Origin: Magallana gigas
Taxonomy: Eukaryota
Reading direction: 5' to 3'
DNA length: 64,000 nucleotides
NCBI RefSeq assembly: GCF_963853765.1
Contig: NC_088856.1
Span: forward strand, 32,488,001 to 32,552,000
Position numbers and translations under genes: made by a program. Of this stretch, positions 44,614 through 61,075 are shown piece by piece. Under the pieces are notes generated by a model, which was not told the DNA's origin, did not search any database, and worked only from the letters and a program-made list of their open reading frames with translations. Within the stretch, counting starts at the first letter, position 1. Every line of letters begins with the position of its first letter.

Positions 44614-45339
44614 ATGGATGACCAGTGGAAGAATTTGATTATTCATCATCTGGGATCCAAGTTAAAACAGAGAACTAGCGAAATAAAAAACAACATTCAA
44701 TTTGTTGACTTAGGACTAAAACCATCGTATTTGTTAGATTTTGGAGGGAAGTCTTTGCAGTCCCTAACTAACCTTGTCAAAGACCTAAACAGCAATCAAC
44801 TTACAGAGAGCAAGCTGAAAGCTGTACAAGTAGGAATGGACTATCTCGTAGTAAACCCTGACTTATTCAGGAGAACGCATTCTGAACATACAGATTTTAT
44901 AAAATTTGTAGATATTTCATCCAATAGAAAAAAAGCGGAAGTTTTAGACAAAAGTGAAGCTACCGACAAAGTTATTTCTACGTGTTTTTGTATAATGACA
45001 GAAGAATCATGGGATATGACATTAGCAGACGATATTAACCTTACGTCTGTATTTGGGTATCTAATCGGATACCCCGTTGTTTATTGGTTTGATTCGGACA
45101 GTCTCAAAAGTGCGGGAAACTCGCAGGATGTCCAACACACGGAGGTTGTGGGGGTGAGGGCGGACGGACAGACAGATGTTGTGTACTCATTCAGCTACCC
45201 TGACAGTCTTTCTCGTGTGCTAGAAAACCACGTCAATATATGGTTCCGAAATTGGCAAGAAACTGCAAATTGGAGGAAACTGTTCGAATCAGTTTCTTTG
45301 AAAAATCAGAAACGAACTCTTACGTCATTGGTTCTATAA
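44614..45339 (+). CDS. C1orf74: UPF0739 protein C1orf74 homologue (single coding exon)
   Basis: 241-aa ORF. GLKPSYLLD, FVDISS, NLTSVFGYLIGYPVVY, VVYSFSYPDSL and the C-terminal TLTSLVL correspond to my recollection of human C1orf74 (GLKPAVLYD, FVDVSS, NLCTVFGILLGYPVPY, LLYSFSVPESL, TLPAVAL). Confidence 0.82.
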   Translation: MDDQWKNLIIHHLGSKLKQRTSEIKNNIQFVDLGLKPSYLLDFGGKSLQSLTNLVKDLNSNQLTESKLKAVQVGMDYLVVNPDLFRRTHSEHTDFIKFVDISSNRKKAEVLDKSEATDKVISTCFCIMTEESWDMTLADDINLTSVFGYLIGYPVVYWFDSDSLKSAGNSQDVQHTEVVGVRADGQTDVVYSFSYPDSLSRVLENHVNIWFRNWQETANWRKLFESVSLKNQKRTLTSLVL

Positions 45340-45410
45340 GATTTATTTCGTGAAGGTAAGTTAGGGTTTATAACAGAGGTGTACTGTGTGGTTCTTGGCT
45401 GTGTGGTTAC

Positions 45411-46180
45411 TTAGTGGTGCGTTACACAGTACAGATAGACCGCGGCGTCGTGGAGCGCCGCCGGCGTGTAGTAGTGCAAGAGACGATCCTTCCACACGGA
45501 CCAGGCCTGGGCATCGGTCAGTTTCGGGATAGGTCGGTTCAGGAGGGTGATCGGGGTACCGGTCTCGTAGTGATTGGCCACCCACTCTACCGCCGCTTTT
45601 ATCCCGTTAGCCCTAGTGTCCCTTAGACACACGCATGTCGGAGCCTCAGGGGGACTCGCTAAAACCTCTTGCCAGGAGGTCTCGTAAATCTACGGGAAAT
45701 CAGACAGCGATCAAGATAGTGAAACAATTAAATGGGGAAAATGTGAAGTAACCCTAGTAAACTTCAGCGACGAAAACCAACCTTCTGCCACAAATCCCAC
45801 ATGTGGAAAACGTGAGCTATTCTCTCCACCGAGGACCAGTGTGGACCGAGTCCGTCTTTGGAGTTCCCCACGGTGGATAGGATTTTGTCGATCATGTTCA
45901 TGGTGGATGTGGCAAAGTCAGTGGAGGTGTGGAAATGTGGAGCGTAGTTCAGTACCTTCTGGTCCTGGGACAAGTCCTGGTTGACGGTCGGAATCTTGTT
46001 CTGCTCGGACGCCATCGGATCAAACAGCCTCAGCCCCTCCACCGACATGGAGTGGACAGCGTGGGCGATCGTCTCGTTATAGTTGGTGGACAATCCAGAT
46101 TTGTAAAACGCCTCTCTACAAATTTGGCTTGGTTCTGCAGAAACAGCAGCGAAGCCGACCACAAAGGCCAGGAGTAACAT
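45411..46180 (-). CDS. Uncharacterised secreted protein (2 exons, ~226 aa)
   Basis: Signal peptide MLLLAFVVGFAAVSA. Exons 46180-45782 and 45689-45411 join in phase 0 (WDLWQK|IYETSW). GC-rich, coding-like composition; four Cys. Confidence 0.8.
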
Positions 46181-47718
46181 GATAGCGTGGTTCTGTGTTC
46201 AGATAGGACAATGGATTGCCTAATCTTGGAGCATGTACCATTTTATATGTTCGGAAGACACCAGCTGTCTTTGTTATCTGTTCACCGATTAAAACAGCAA
46301 ATTCCGCAGGTGCAGACGGACTGTTCTTTCGAATGGTGTCAAGGGAAGACTACTCAATTCAACTCAACGCCGTATATATTCATTACACCTGTTTAGATAC
46401 ACAAGCTGCAATTATTCTTTGTAAATTAAGAACAAAACTTTATGTTTATAGAACAAAAACATCTGCCGGCTCAGATTAAATCAAGTTTGGCAAGTCAATA
46501 GAATGAGGATACTTCAACAAATTTTCAAGCTACGGGAAAATCAATCAAGAGGGGACATACAGATATAGCCCCGCCAATACCCTGTACTCTGCAAAATCCG
46601 CTTTCGTCTTAATACTGGCAAACATTGTTTTTTATGCCTTACTGATTAAGCCTTCAAAGACGTTTCGAACAAATTGTTATCGAGTTTTTTTTTTGTTCTT
46701 TCCGTTTATGGTATTCTAATAATAGGCCTACATTTTAAAAATTGATGTACACATGTACTTACGGGGGTATAATAGTGGAATGTGACCCCTAAAAAGGGAA
46801 ACTTAATGTAAATTTGACGTTTGAAGACAAAATTTTATGTTACGGCAACCACATTTTATTTTAGCATTATCAATAACACTTCGTTAAATTCTGTGGTGAT
46901 ATGATGATTAAAAATATTTAATTTGTGTCGTCTTATTTGTACAGACATCAATCCACATGGCCAGTTATCTGCATAGTTGTCATTGGCTACCCATTAATGT
47001 GTGAGGGCACACCTTTAATAATACTGCAATTTATTTATTTGGTGCTTTTTTTTAAGCAAAAAGATTAATTCTTGGTGCTGATCTGCCATCAGTTGATAAG
47101 GGGAAACATATTGTATTAATTGAATTTTAATAATAATACGGCTGCATGCACGTAAATTAAACTGCCAAATTATTAGTAGTAATATCATATCAATTATATA
47201 TTGTCGTATCAGTGACAATGGCCGGTAATTAGGTGGTCATCCATACAACATCTGCATTATGTTTTGAAAAAAAAAATGGTTGTCGGTACTCGAAGGTTTT
47301 CTTCTTATTTATTAACAAAACAGTAAATGGTATATATAACATGCGCAGTCGTTGTGCAGGTTATGTCAGAGACCATCATGCATTTTGTCGGCTCCTCGTA
47401 CCAAACTGTTACCCGTTGCAGGTATGCAAAAGGCAATAGTTCAGTCCGAGGGCCCGAAAAAAATGCATGTTGCCATCAAACCAAGTATGCAAACTGCTTT
47501 ACACATATTAACTCACATCTGTTTGCCTGCAGAGTATACTGTTGGTTTCAGTAAAAATTGCGTACAGAATGAATCTATCGAATTACATGTATATAGTTTA
47601 GATAAACTGCTTATTATTTCAATACAATGCATAGTTTTCTACATAAATAAATGTATCCGTTTATGATGTTCCAGAACATAATATTCATAATAGGCATTTT
47701 GGTTTCGATCACATGCAT

Positions 47719-48900
47719 TCAATAATCTATTTTATCAACTCTTATTCGAGTGATGACTTTCAACATCTCGTCATCATCTCGAGTGAGTTGTTCCAATTCG
47801 TTGCGCATGAACCGGAACTGCTTTTCGGATAAATGTCCCCAAAGATTAAGGTCCTCCTCGAAAAAATGTGGCAAGAATTTATCTCTGGTGAATTCCAGCA
47901 TTTTCAAAAGTATTAAATGCATGCATTCTTCGGGGGTTAACCGCTGCCATCTTGGAGTATGGTCAATTTGGTAGTTTATTTCGTGCATGAGTATGTTTTT
48001 CACTTGGTAAGCTGTCACATGATTCAGTTTCCATTCCTTTTGGCACATGAATGTCAAAATTTTGGCCGCGTTAATTCTCTGTTCACGGTCACCATTAGTG
48101 ACAGCGTTCAGTATGTGTTCCTCGTTTGGGGAGTAATTCAGACGCCATAGCATATCTGAGGACGGATTTTCATCGTGTTCATACGGCTTAGCGACAAGGA
48201 ACGGTCCTTCTGAAGATAACGTAATGGTTGGGATTAACTCCACCTCGTGACCTCCCGGAAGTGACATCACCAAGCACAGGTCTTGACTATTGAACCGTAT
48301 GCGCACGTTCGGTATGATTGCTGGTTTGTCTGTCGCCACTGTCCTGGATTTAACCGTCGCCGTGGTGCTCGCGGTAGTCAGTGTGCTTCTGCTTTTGGCA
48401 AGAGATTTCTTCAGTTTCATAATGGCGGCATCAAACACGTAAAGAACTGCTTTGTACATTTTCTTTGGACTTAGATGGTTTTTGTCGTCGGACCGTAGGT
48501 CCAGTTTGTACACCTTGACGACCTTTTTATCCGTCTTTACTGATAGCGGAAACACTACATAGCCGGGCTCCACATACGTCCCTCGTAGTTTGCCAACCTT
48601 CATCTGAATCAGATAGCACGGACAGTTCTTCTTGTATGGGGTCCAGGGGGTCACATCCCCGGCGTATATAGGGGGCTCTGAACAGTCCAAATTGTACTGA
48701 TTAGTCTTGAGAAACGGAAGTAGATGAGCCATGCACTGGTCAAACAGTTCTTTGGCCTCCAACGAGATAGGAATCTCGGTTTGAAGGACTTTCTTCATCG
48801 TTAAGTCGATTTCCCGCCGCAACCGTGTGAGCGGAATTTTTTCTGTCGTCTGTCGGTAGAGCGACGGCAGAAAGTTATGTCGCAAAACTCTCACTTCCAT
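47719..48900 (-). CDS. Mab-21/cGAS-like (cGLR-fold) protein with a degenerate nucleotidyltransferase site; single coding exon
   Basis: Mab-21 hallmarks LSPKKM, VELIPTI, FLVAKP, WRLNYSPNE, AYQVKNILMH, W......EC, LPHFF...LNL. Splice acceptor at about 48934, upstream of ATG 48900. Confidence 0.85.
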   Translation of the reverse strand: MEVRVLRHNFLPSLYRQTTEKIPLTRLRREIDLTMKKVLQTEIPISLEAKELFDQCMAHLLPFLKTNQYNLDCSEPPIYAGDVTPWTPYKKNCPCYLIQMKVGKLRGTYVEPGYVVFPLSVKTDKKVVKVYKLDLRSDDKNHLSPKKMYKAVLYVFDAAIMKLKKSLAKSRSTLTTASTTATVKSRTVATDKPAIIPNVRIRFNSQDLCLVMSLPGGHEVELIPTITLSSEGPFLVAKPYEHDENPSSDMLWRLNYSPNEEHILNAVTNGDREQRINAAKILTFMCQKEWKLNHVTAYQVKNILMHEINYQIDHTPRWQRLTPEECMHLILLKMLEFTRDKFLPHFFEEDLNLWGHLSEKQFRFMRNELEQLTRDDDEMLKVITRIRVDKIDY

Positions 48901-51444
48901 CGTCACTTCCTTCTTGTTTACATCATTTCACATCTGTAAAAAGATTTCATATAAATCATCAGAAAATAAATCAACTCATTCTCAAGTCTTCTTAACGCAG
49001 AAGATTTTTTTCTCCTAGATCACATGGCGACGCTTAACACTTTTGTGTATTGTTTTAGTGTTGTCTCATTAATTAACAGTTGTATCTGTTCGTGCGATCT
49101 GTCACATCGCCTGTTTATTGTGCGCGGGAACTTTAACACCGTGAGATGTTCGTCGTCCACCGGTGTGTGTTGGGGTTTTGTCAGCACTGTAGATCTTCAC
49201 GGTGATACAGTATTTTATTTTTAATATCCGTTTTATCAGCCTGTCGCCAGGGACACTGGCAACTATCAGCCTTTGATCATTTGTCAAGGACTAACCCCCA
49301 ACAAGCATTGGCAGATCTACCCCGCATTCATCACATTCAAAAACAAATTAAAAGGAGGTTTGGAACCGTTTGTGGATGTTTGCTCAAATCTGTGGCTCTT
49401 AATTTCAAGTAAATATTTGTTGACAGTGTTCAAACAACAATGGGACGAGAATTTTACAATGTTAACATTACAATCTCATATTCATACTTACATTAAAGTA
49501 TTAAGGTTACCTGTGCCGGACAATTCAGTTACATAATGTATGTACAAAATCATAAATAAGCATCTTGGCGGAACGTTGGGTCAAATTTAAACTATAGAGA
49601 TTTTAAAAGCTGTAACAAGTGGTAGTTCTTGACCAATAGATGAGTATACAATAGTATTCCATAAAAATTTGGTAATTAAAAATTTAAAAGGACATAAGTA
49701 TCAAGATCAAAATTTCATTTAAAATCACTATCTCTTCTGTAACAGATACGGATAAGTTGAAGGAACTCTTTTTCTGAAGATTACGGGAAATAAGTTTGTA
49801 ATCCTTGCATGGATAAGAATTTAAAATTTTATTGTCATTTGATAGTCGTTCAATAAAAATTATAGAAAACAAAAATACAGTTCGTCTATATCAGACCCCG
49901 TACTTTTATCAAATACATTAGTATATTCACAAAAAATGTACGAAAACCTCAATCTCAAAACGTTTATCTTGTACATTTTAGAGCAAATATATTAGTGAAC
50001 AATTTTCCAAATACCGGTATTTAAAAAAAAGATAGATAGAAAGAATGTTAAGACGACACATTTCGAAGGTTAAGGTGATAAAATTACATCAGATCCTACC
50101 TGGATTCTCCGCCTACCCCACACGGTCTATTTCCGGTACCCTGGCGGCGGCATCCCCTCTCCGTGATTTGACTGGGGGAAGATAGCCGTGATAAGGGTGT
50201 CTAGTTACCCACACAGATCAGCGCTATTGTAATCCTCCCACCTGTAAATATTGATACTTTCAGGGCTGGTCCGAATACCAGCACCAGCCCAGTGTTAACG
50301 CGGCAATCGTCGAGTAATGTTTGTTTACTTACATGTATTGGAATTATGTATTTTAGACCCTGGTACAAATTACATACGATCTTTGATTTTTTTTAAAACT
50401 AGTTTCACCTCTGAATTATAAATGTCATAAAGGACTTACATGCTCGATTTCAATTCATAATCGGTTGTAGAAAAAAAAACTTTCTTTAAAAAAAATCATG
50501 TTGGCAAAAAACAATGAATTCCAACAAATGAAATCAATACCAGGTTTCTCGTAAATCGATACAAAGCAAATCCTACCTATCAATCGAAAACAACACATTA
50601 CCTTACCATAAGGCAAGCCGCTGTCTTAACGGAAATTCAAACATTTTCGATCCTTGGTATTATGTAGAATGAAAATCACTTAACCTAAAATCCCAGCAAT
50701 GCATACCGGGATGTTCGGCAAATATTTAAAGTGTCCGATACACCATTTAGCACCCAATGTGTATGATAAGACACTTCGCCACAATAATAAAAATCAAATT
50801 ATCGCCCAAACATGTAACCCTGTAGCTGCGATACCCCGCACGCTCAACGTGCAGCTGTTTCAATTTGTTCATTTTGTATAGAAAAACTGTGGTCCGCATT
50901 TCACTATTCTCTGTGTGTGTGTTGGGGGAGGATCTCATTGCTGTTGTCGAACCACAATAGAATGCACCTACACAGTAGATGATACAGGGGGTAAAAAAAA
51001 TCTTTTGAAATGGACTGCAGCAGAGGCTAGGGTGGTTGAATCAATATACATTTATATGCATCACATTTACTTTTGACTTAGATGATAGTTTTAATGGATT
51101 CTGAAATTCTTCTATTTTAAAATTTTCATGCTAATTTCGATATTTAACAGATATATAAGCAGTTGTTGACAGGACTGCAATGTGTGATTTGGGGGGGGTC
51201 AATATGGTTCCAACAAAACAGGAATCGTAGTATTTAGAATTTTACCGCACTTTCTAGATAGCATCATTCTGCAAAGTCGACTGCGGAACTCGAACCGGTA
51301 AAAATCCTAGAACAACAGTGTCGATCCATTTAATTGGCTGTTTTTTCAAAAACGATCCACAAAATGTGAACATATTGTAGCATAGTCTCCATCGAGTTAA
51401 TATAGATAGCTGAATAACAAAGAAAGAAAGAAAATTAAAGTAAA

Positions 51445-51843
51445 AAATGAGCAAACTCACATACCCCACGGTCCCCCATTACTTGACAACGATTCACAAA
51501 ATGAATGGCAAGTGTATGATTTAAATACACAAAATAATTTGATATTAAAAGGGCATAACTCACAAAAAAGACCATCAAATAACACCTTCCTGTTAATATG
51601 TACATCTATTCCTTTGCCTTTTACAACTAAAATCCGTAATTTCTAAAAATAAATAAATATATAAATAAAAAATAACAATCAGAATTTCCTGGTAATATGC
51701 ACAGTGTCCAAAATGCCTACAAAGTCTTACTAAATTCCATGCAGCGGTTTCAGGGGAATCTCGCTTACCACAAAAAAACCAAGACTGACGGACTGGTCAA
51801 AAACAATATACTCCTTGCAACTTCGTTGCGTGGGGTATAATAA
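51445..51843 (+). mobile_element. Probable non-autonomous Helentron-like (HINE) element
   Basis: Ends in the hairpin GCAACTTCGTTGC followed by GTGGGGTATAAT, with a GACTGACGGACTG microsatellite-like stretch upstream. This matches my recollection of bivalve HINE structure and is not database-verified. Confidence 0.55.
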
Positions 51844-52228
51844 TCAAAGTAATCAAATATTTCACAGAGGAAGACACAGCAAAACTTCAAATTTGAAAGC
51901 AGATCTTGTGAATGTATTCTACGAAACGCCATCAACTTGAGAGATCCGTTGGTATGCAAAAAAGGCATTATAATTGGAATAAAAAAACTTATCCAAAAAA
52001 GACTATGATAACTTCACGAAATATTTACACAATGTCATAGGTACCCACCTTTTTGCTTTATAAAGGTAAACATTACAAATGTGCTCGCTGTTTCATTGTG
52101 TGGAAAGCTATCACCTACCTACACTCCCCCCCCCCAATCCTTGAAAAAAGTAATTCGAGCATATTGCAAAAGACAGACAATATATTTTACGTCTTACTTT
52201 TGTTTGAAAATGTATGCTTCAAAAAATG

Positions 52229-52438
52229 CTGTAAATCAATTTTTATTCACGGCGACTTTATTTCGCGATTAATTGGTTCACGACGACTAATGTTCACGAC
52301 CAACCTTATACAGACCTGTATTGTTATAAAAACTATAGACAACGGATTGGTTCGTGGCGAGAAATATTTGCGACGACAAGATTCTCACTATTACACCTCG
52401 CGAAAATTTCTCGCACGCGAATAAAAGTTGGTTTACAG
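52229..52438. mobile_element. MITE with ~25-bp TIRs and TA-type target
   Basis: CTGTAAATCAATTTTTATTCACG at 52229 versus CGCGAATAAAAGTTGGTTTACAG|TA ending at 52438-52440. Confidence 0.8.
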
Positions 52439-53737
52439 TATTAAAATGAAGTAAAAAATCCCAACAAGTAATTTTTTCTGATTTTGTAAATTTTATTCTA
52501 CAACAGCGACTGTTTCTGTCAGTGTGTTGTGGTTGGAGGCTGGTTTCTAATGTGAATAATATAATTATATCTAGAAAAAGGCTATACATGTATATCATAT
52601 AAAGATAACCATTACAATAAAACATTAAAAAAAGGCATGCAAAAAATGCACACAAACACTGGACATAAACAACTTATCAACTATGTTCCGAGATCACAAT
52701 CTGTGTCCAGAAAACAATGATCAAATATAAAAGCTGTACACGTAACATCAATCTCATAACTAGATTTTTTAAACACATTAAAACAACTCGTGGCGGGAAA
52801 AGGAGTTATAAACAAAAAAATCTGAAAATGCATAAAATAAACTTGGATTATTTTAGATATATAATATTTTTCATTTAATATGTGCAATATACTCTTCTTT
52901 TACGTTGTATAAAATACATTTTCTTTAAAAAAAGAAAACTGCTTGCACATCATGTACACCATCATGGATACTATAGTATCATTAAAAAAAAACAAGTATT
53001 CATACTACAATGCTACATGTACTGGGTATACAAATTCAAATATACAATATATGAGAGACCATTTTACAAGTAGACTATGTTCATTTGGAAAAGTATTCAT
53101 ATACATGTATAAACAATCATACATCTATGTACATATAACAGACCTGGGTTTAAGTTGTGTCTAAACTATACAAAATCTCCACAACTTCACCTGGGATTAA
53201 AATACTAAATGCATGTGGTAATAGTTAATGAACATTGCAATGGTTGAAGACAGCTGTGAATAAGATAAATAAGATAAAAATGAACACAAATAGATTCCAT
53301 TGGCAAAGTATTTACAGGCGCCAGCCATCTCATAACTGTTTGCTAAGCTCCCAATAATGTCCGAAACTTTAAATCAGTGAAAATAAAAATAAACATTACA
53401 CCATCAACCAATAAGCATTGAATTGGAGCAGAAGTTTCCATGGAGAATAGCACAGAAATACAGATAAAAGAACATAATGTCCATGGTTGTGACCAGTTAT
53501 CCCATCTCTTGAGAAAGATGCTTGGTTTTACAGATGACAGCTATCAAGGATTATGATTTTTCTGTCCAAGCCAGTCTGATGTGTTGGCAATCACATCACT
53601 AAAGGTAATCAATTTCCAACACCCCTATTCCCCAGTGACACATTCTATTCCCCAATGTTACACATCCCTCATTCCACTCCATAACCCCCCTCCCCAACAT
53701 TTACACACCTCTCACTCTATCCCCCATTTTACAACCC

Positions 53738-58537
<4,800 letters not shown>

Positions 58538-61075
58538 TCTACAACAGATGAGTCATGATTAAAATAATAAGATGCTCTTATTAATAAATGCTTTTACACA
58601 AAAAAAGCAATTTTAATGTAGACTGTATAAGTAGATTATAACAACTCCACAATATAAAAAACCACCATGTTTATTAAAATCATAAATTCTTGTTTACAAG
58701 GACAGACTCTAATTGACCCAGTTGTCTGCCCATTGATTTCAAGTTTGTTAACAACTTTGCTGCTGAACATGGCCAACATAGTTTAACATTTTAAACTTAT
58801 TAAAGCTGTTGAGAGCAGCTAAAGAGGCCATTATTTATGAAATCTCTAGTTGATTATTGTATGTCATGTTTTGTTGAAGAAGAAAAAATCTAGAAAACAT
58901 TTATCAACATATTTATTAGTCACTTTTCTCATCTTCAATTCTTGTGATTAATAGCAAGACAGTTTTGTTCCTTTTAAAATTGTGTTTTAAAAAGTTCTGC
59001 AACCAAATAAAAAATAATGCCCTCATAGTTCCCATTACCATTAAACCTGATGACATTTCTACTCTTCTAATAAATGAAATGCATAGATTTATAAAATGTA
59101 TTTAAGATATGCACAATATCTTAGTGGTGCATTTGCAGCTGTAATATGATGCACATTGCAGAAATGCATCGATCTGCATATATCAAAATTATCGGGGAGA
59201 TGATTGTGTCATGAGTGCTTTTTAAACGAAAGATTGAAACAGTTAAAATAAAATCTTAGATAAGTTAGTCCCTGCCATGAAATACTAACGAGGGTTGCAT
59301 TGCAACGAATAACTCATCTGTTGCCTCATCGTCCTCCATGATTGATGTTATCAAACATGGAGAAAACGAAAACAACAAATTTCGAGCCCGATCTAATATT
59401 GACTTTTTTTCCTGGTCTGTGGTTCAACGGAGACCATAAACCCAAGCTGGTGAAGATGTTGACGAACAAAACATTTTTTAAAATGCAGATTGTTCTCTTT
59501 AGCAGAAATAAATCTAAAATTCATTTGAAATTATTAGTAAATTATAGTAATTATCTGTACATTGTAAATACCAGACTTAATTCAGTATTAATGATCACCC
59601 TCTTTAGGTAACTTTTAGGTGTGTTTTGATGGTTCGAGTAACATCAATTATTTGAATCAACAATTTTTATATATACATGTACTATTACAACTGAAAAACT
59701 ATTTTTAAAACTTCAAACACCTCATTGGCATCTAAAACCATCATGGAGAATTTTTAAAATAAACTGATTATCTTTAATTTCCTAAGCAGGCATGTAGCAT
59801 TGGGGCGCGGGGGGGGGGGGGGGGGGGGGCGGGGCATATTTCTCGCAACAAACATTTTCAATCAATAAATGTTTAAATTTGGAGCTAGTCCCTCAAACTT
59901 TTATGGGAGCATGTAAAAAAAATACAGGGATATTAACTCTAAGTATTGACAACTTTTAAGATAAATTCTATGTAAAAGCCAAAATTATATGTACTTGACC
60001 AGTAGAGACTCCGGCAACCTTTGTAAATTAACGAATACTGAGATTGAAAAATGGCAAATCTTAGCAACTTTAAAACATTATCGAATGTTACTGCGGTAAT
60101 GAAATATTGTGCAGTAATGAAATATAAAATATTAAGTTAACAATATTAAAGGCTGGCAGATCAATTTAAAATCTAAAAAATGTTACCATGGAGAGGTAAT
60201 TATTTCCCTTATTTTTTTTTATTATTTTTTCTACACCACAGAAATGATCATAAAAACAAACTGATGAATTTAAAGAGTCTTTTAAACATACATATTAGAA
60301 GAAAATTGACATCTGTTGCATGGTAACAAGTTTAAAGTAAATTTAAATTACAGTAATTCTGAAAAGCATTTAACATTTGTTTTAAACACAATTTAGAGCC
60401 ATTTTTTGCTATTTGGAAACAGACTAAACTTTTATATCGAATTATTCAAGCATTAGGCCTATTTAGCAACAACAAAAACTGTCGCTGCAAAAAGAACATG
60501 TGGACTTATGAAAATCATTCAAAAATTCTTTATACATTGTAATTGTTGAAATAGTCAAAACCTTTCGCTAAAATGCAACAGCATTTTAAAATAAAAGTTA
60601 ATAACAAGTTTAGTTTCTTCAATCAATTTATTTTTAAGCATCATGCTACAGGCATAAATGAAAGTTCCTAAAAAGAACCTCAATATACAATGTATACAGT
60701 TTTTTAGCCAATCGTTACCATTGCAACGAATTTCAATCTTTGTTGCCAAGCCACAAGAATAAATTTAAAAATTTCCGTTAAAATCTACAAGCATTTATGT
60801 TTAAATGAACTAAAAAATGTATTTAAAGTACCGTTTTGTTGTTCTGTTAACACTTTTAAACTATTCATTTGCCAAATATTTCTTTGATTTGAAAATTCAA
60901 AATATTTCGCAAGTTTGTGTTTATTTTGTTCTGTATGGCCGAAATTGTGACAATAACTTAAAATTTGTCTTAAAATAGCCAAAATGGTTATTTTTCAATC
61001 TTTTGCTCCTGTTACCAAGTGGTCTGCAACCGGTCTCCATAGCAACTGCTATAGTTTGTCTAGCAATTTTATTAC

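Noticed and set aside
59283-59339. Candidate MBD4 first coding exon (MEDDEATDELF...)
   Set aside because: The obvious GT donor is phase 0, whereas the next exon needs phase 2. It was left out of the model pending transcript data.
59808-59835. Poly-G tracts (also about 7705, 9911, 30175, 42885, 61458, 63017) as G-quadruplex signals
   Set aside because: Such runs are frequent in this window, are often parts of repeat fragments, and show no consistent position relative to genes.
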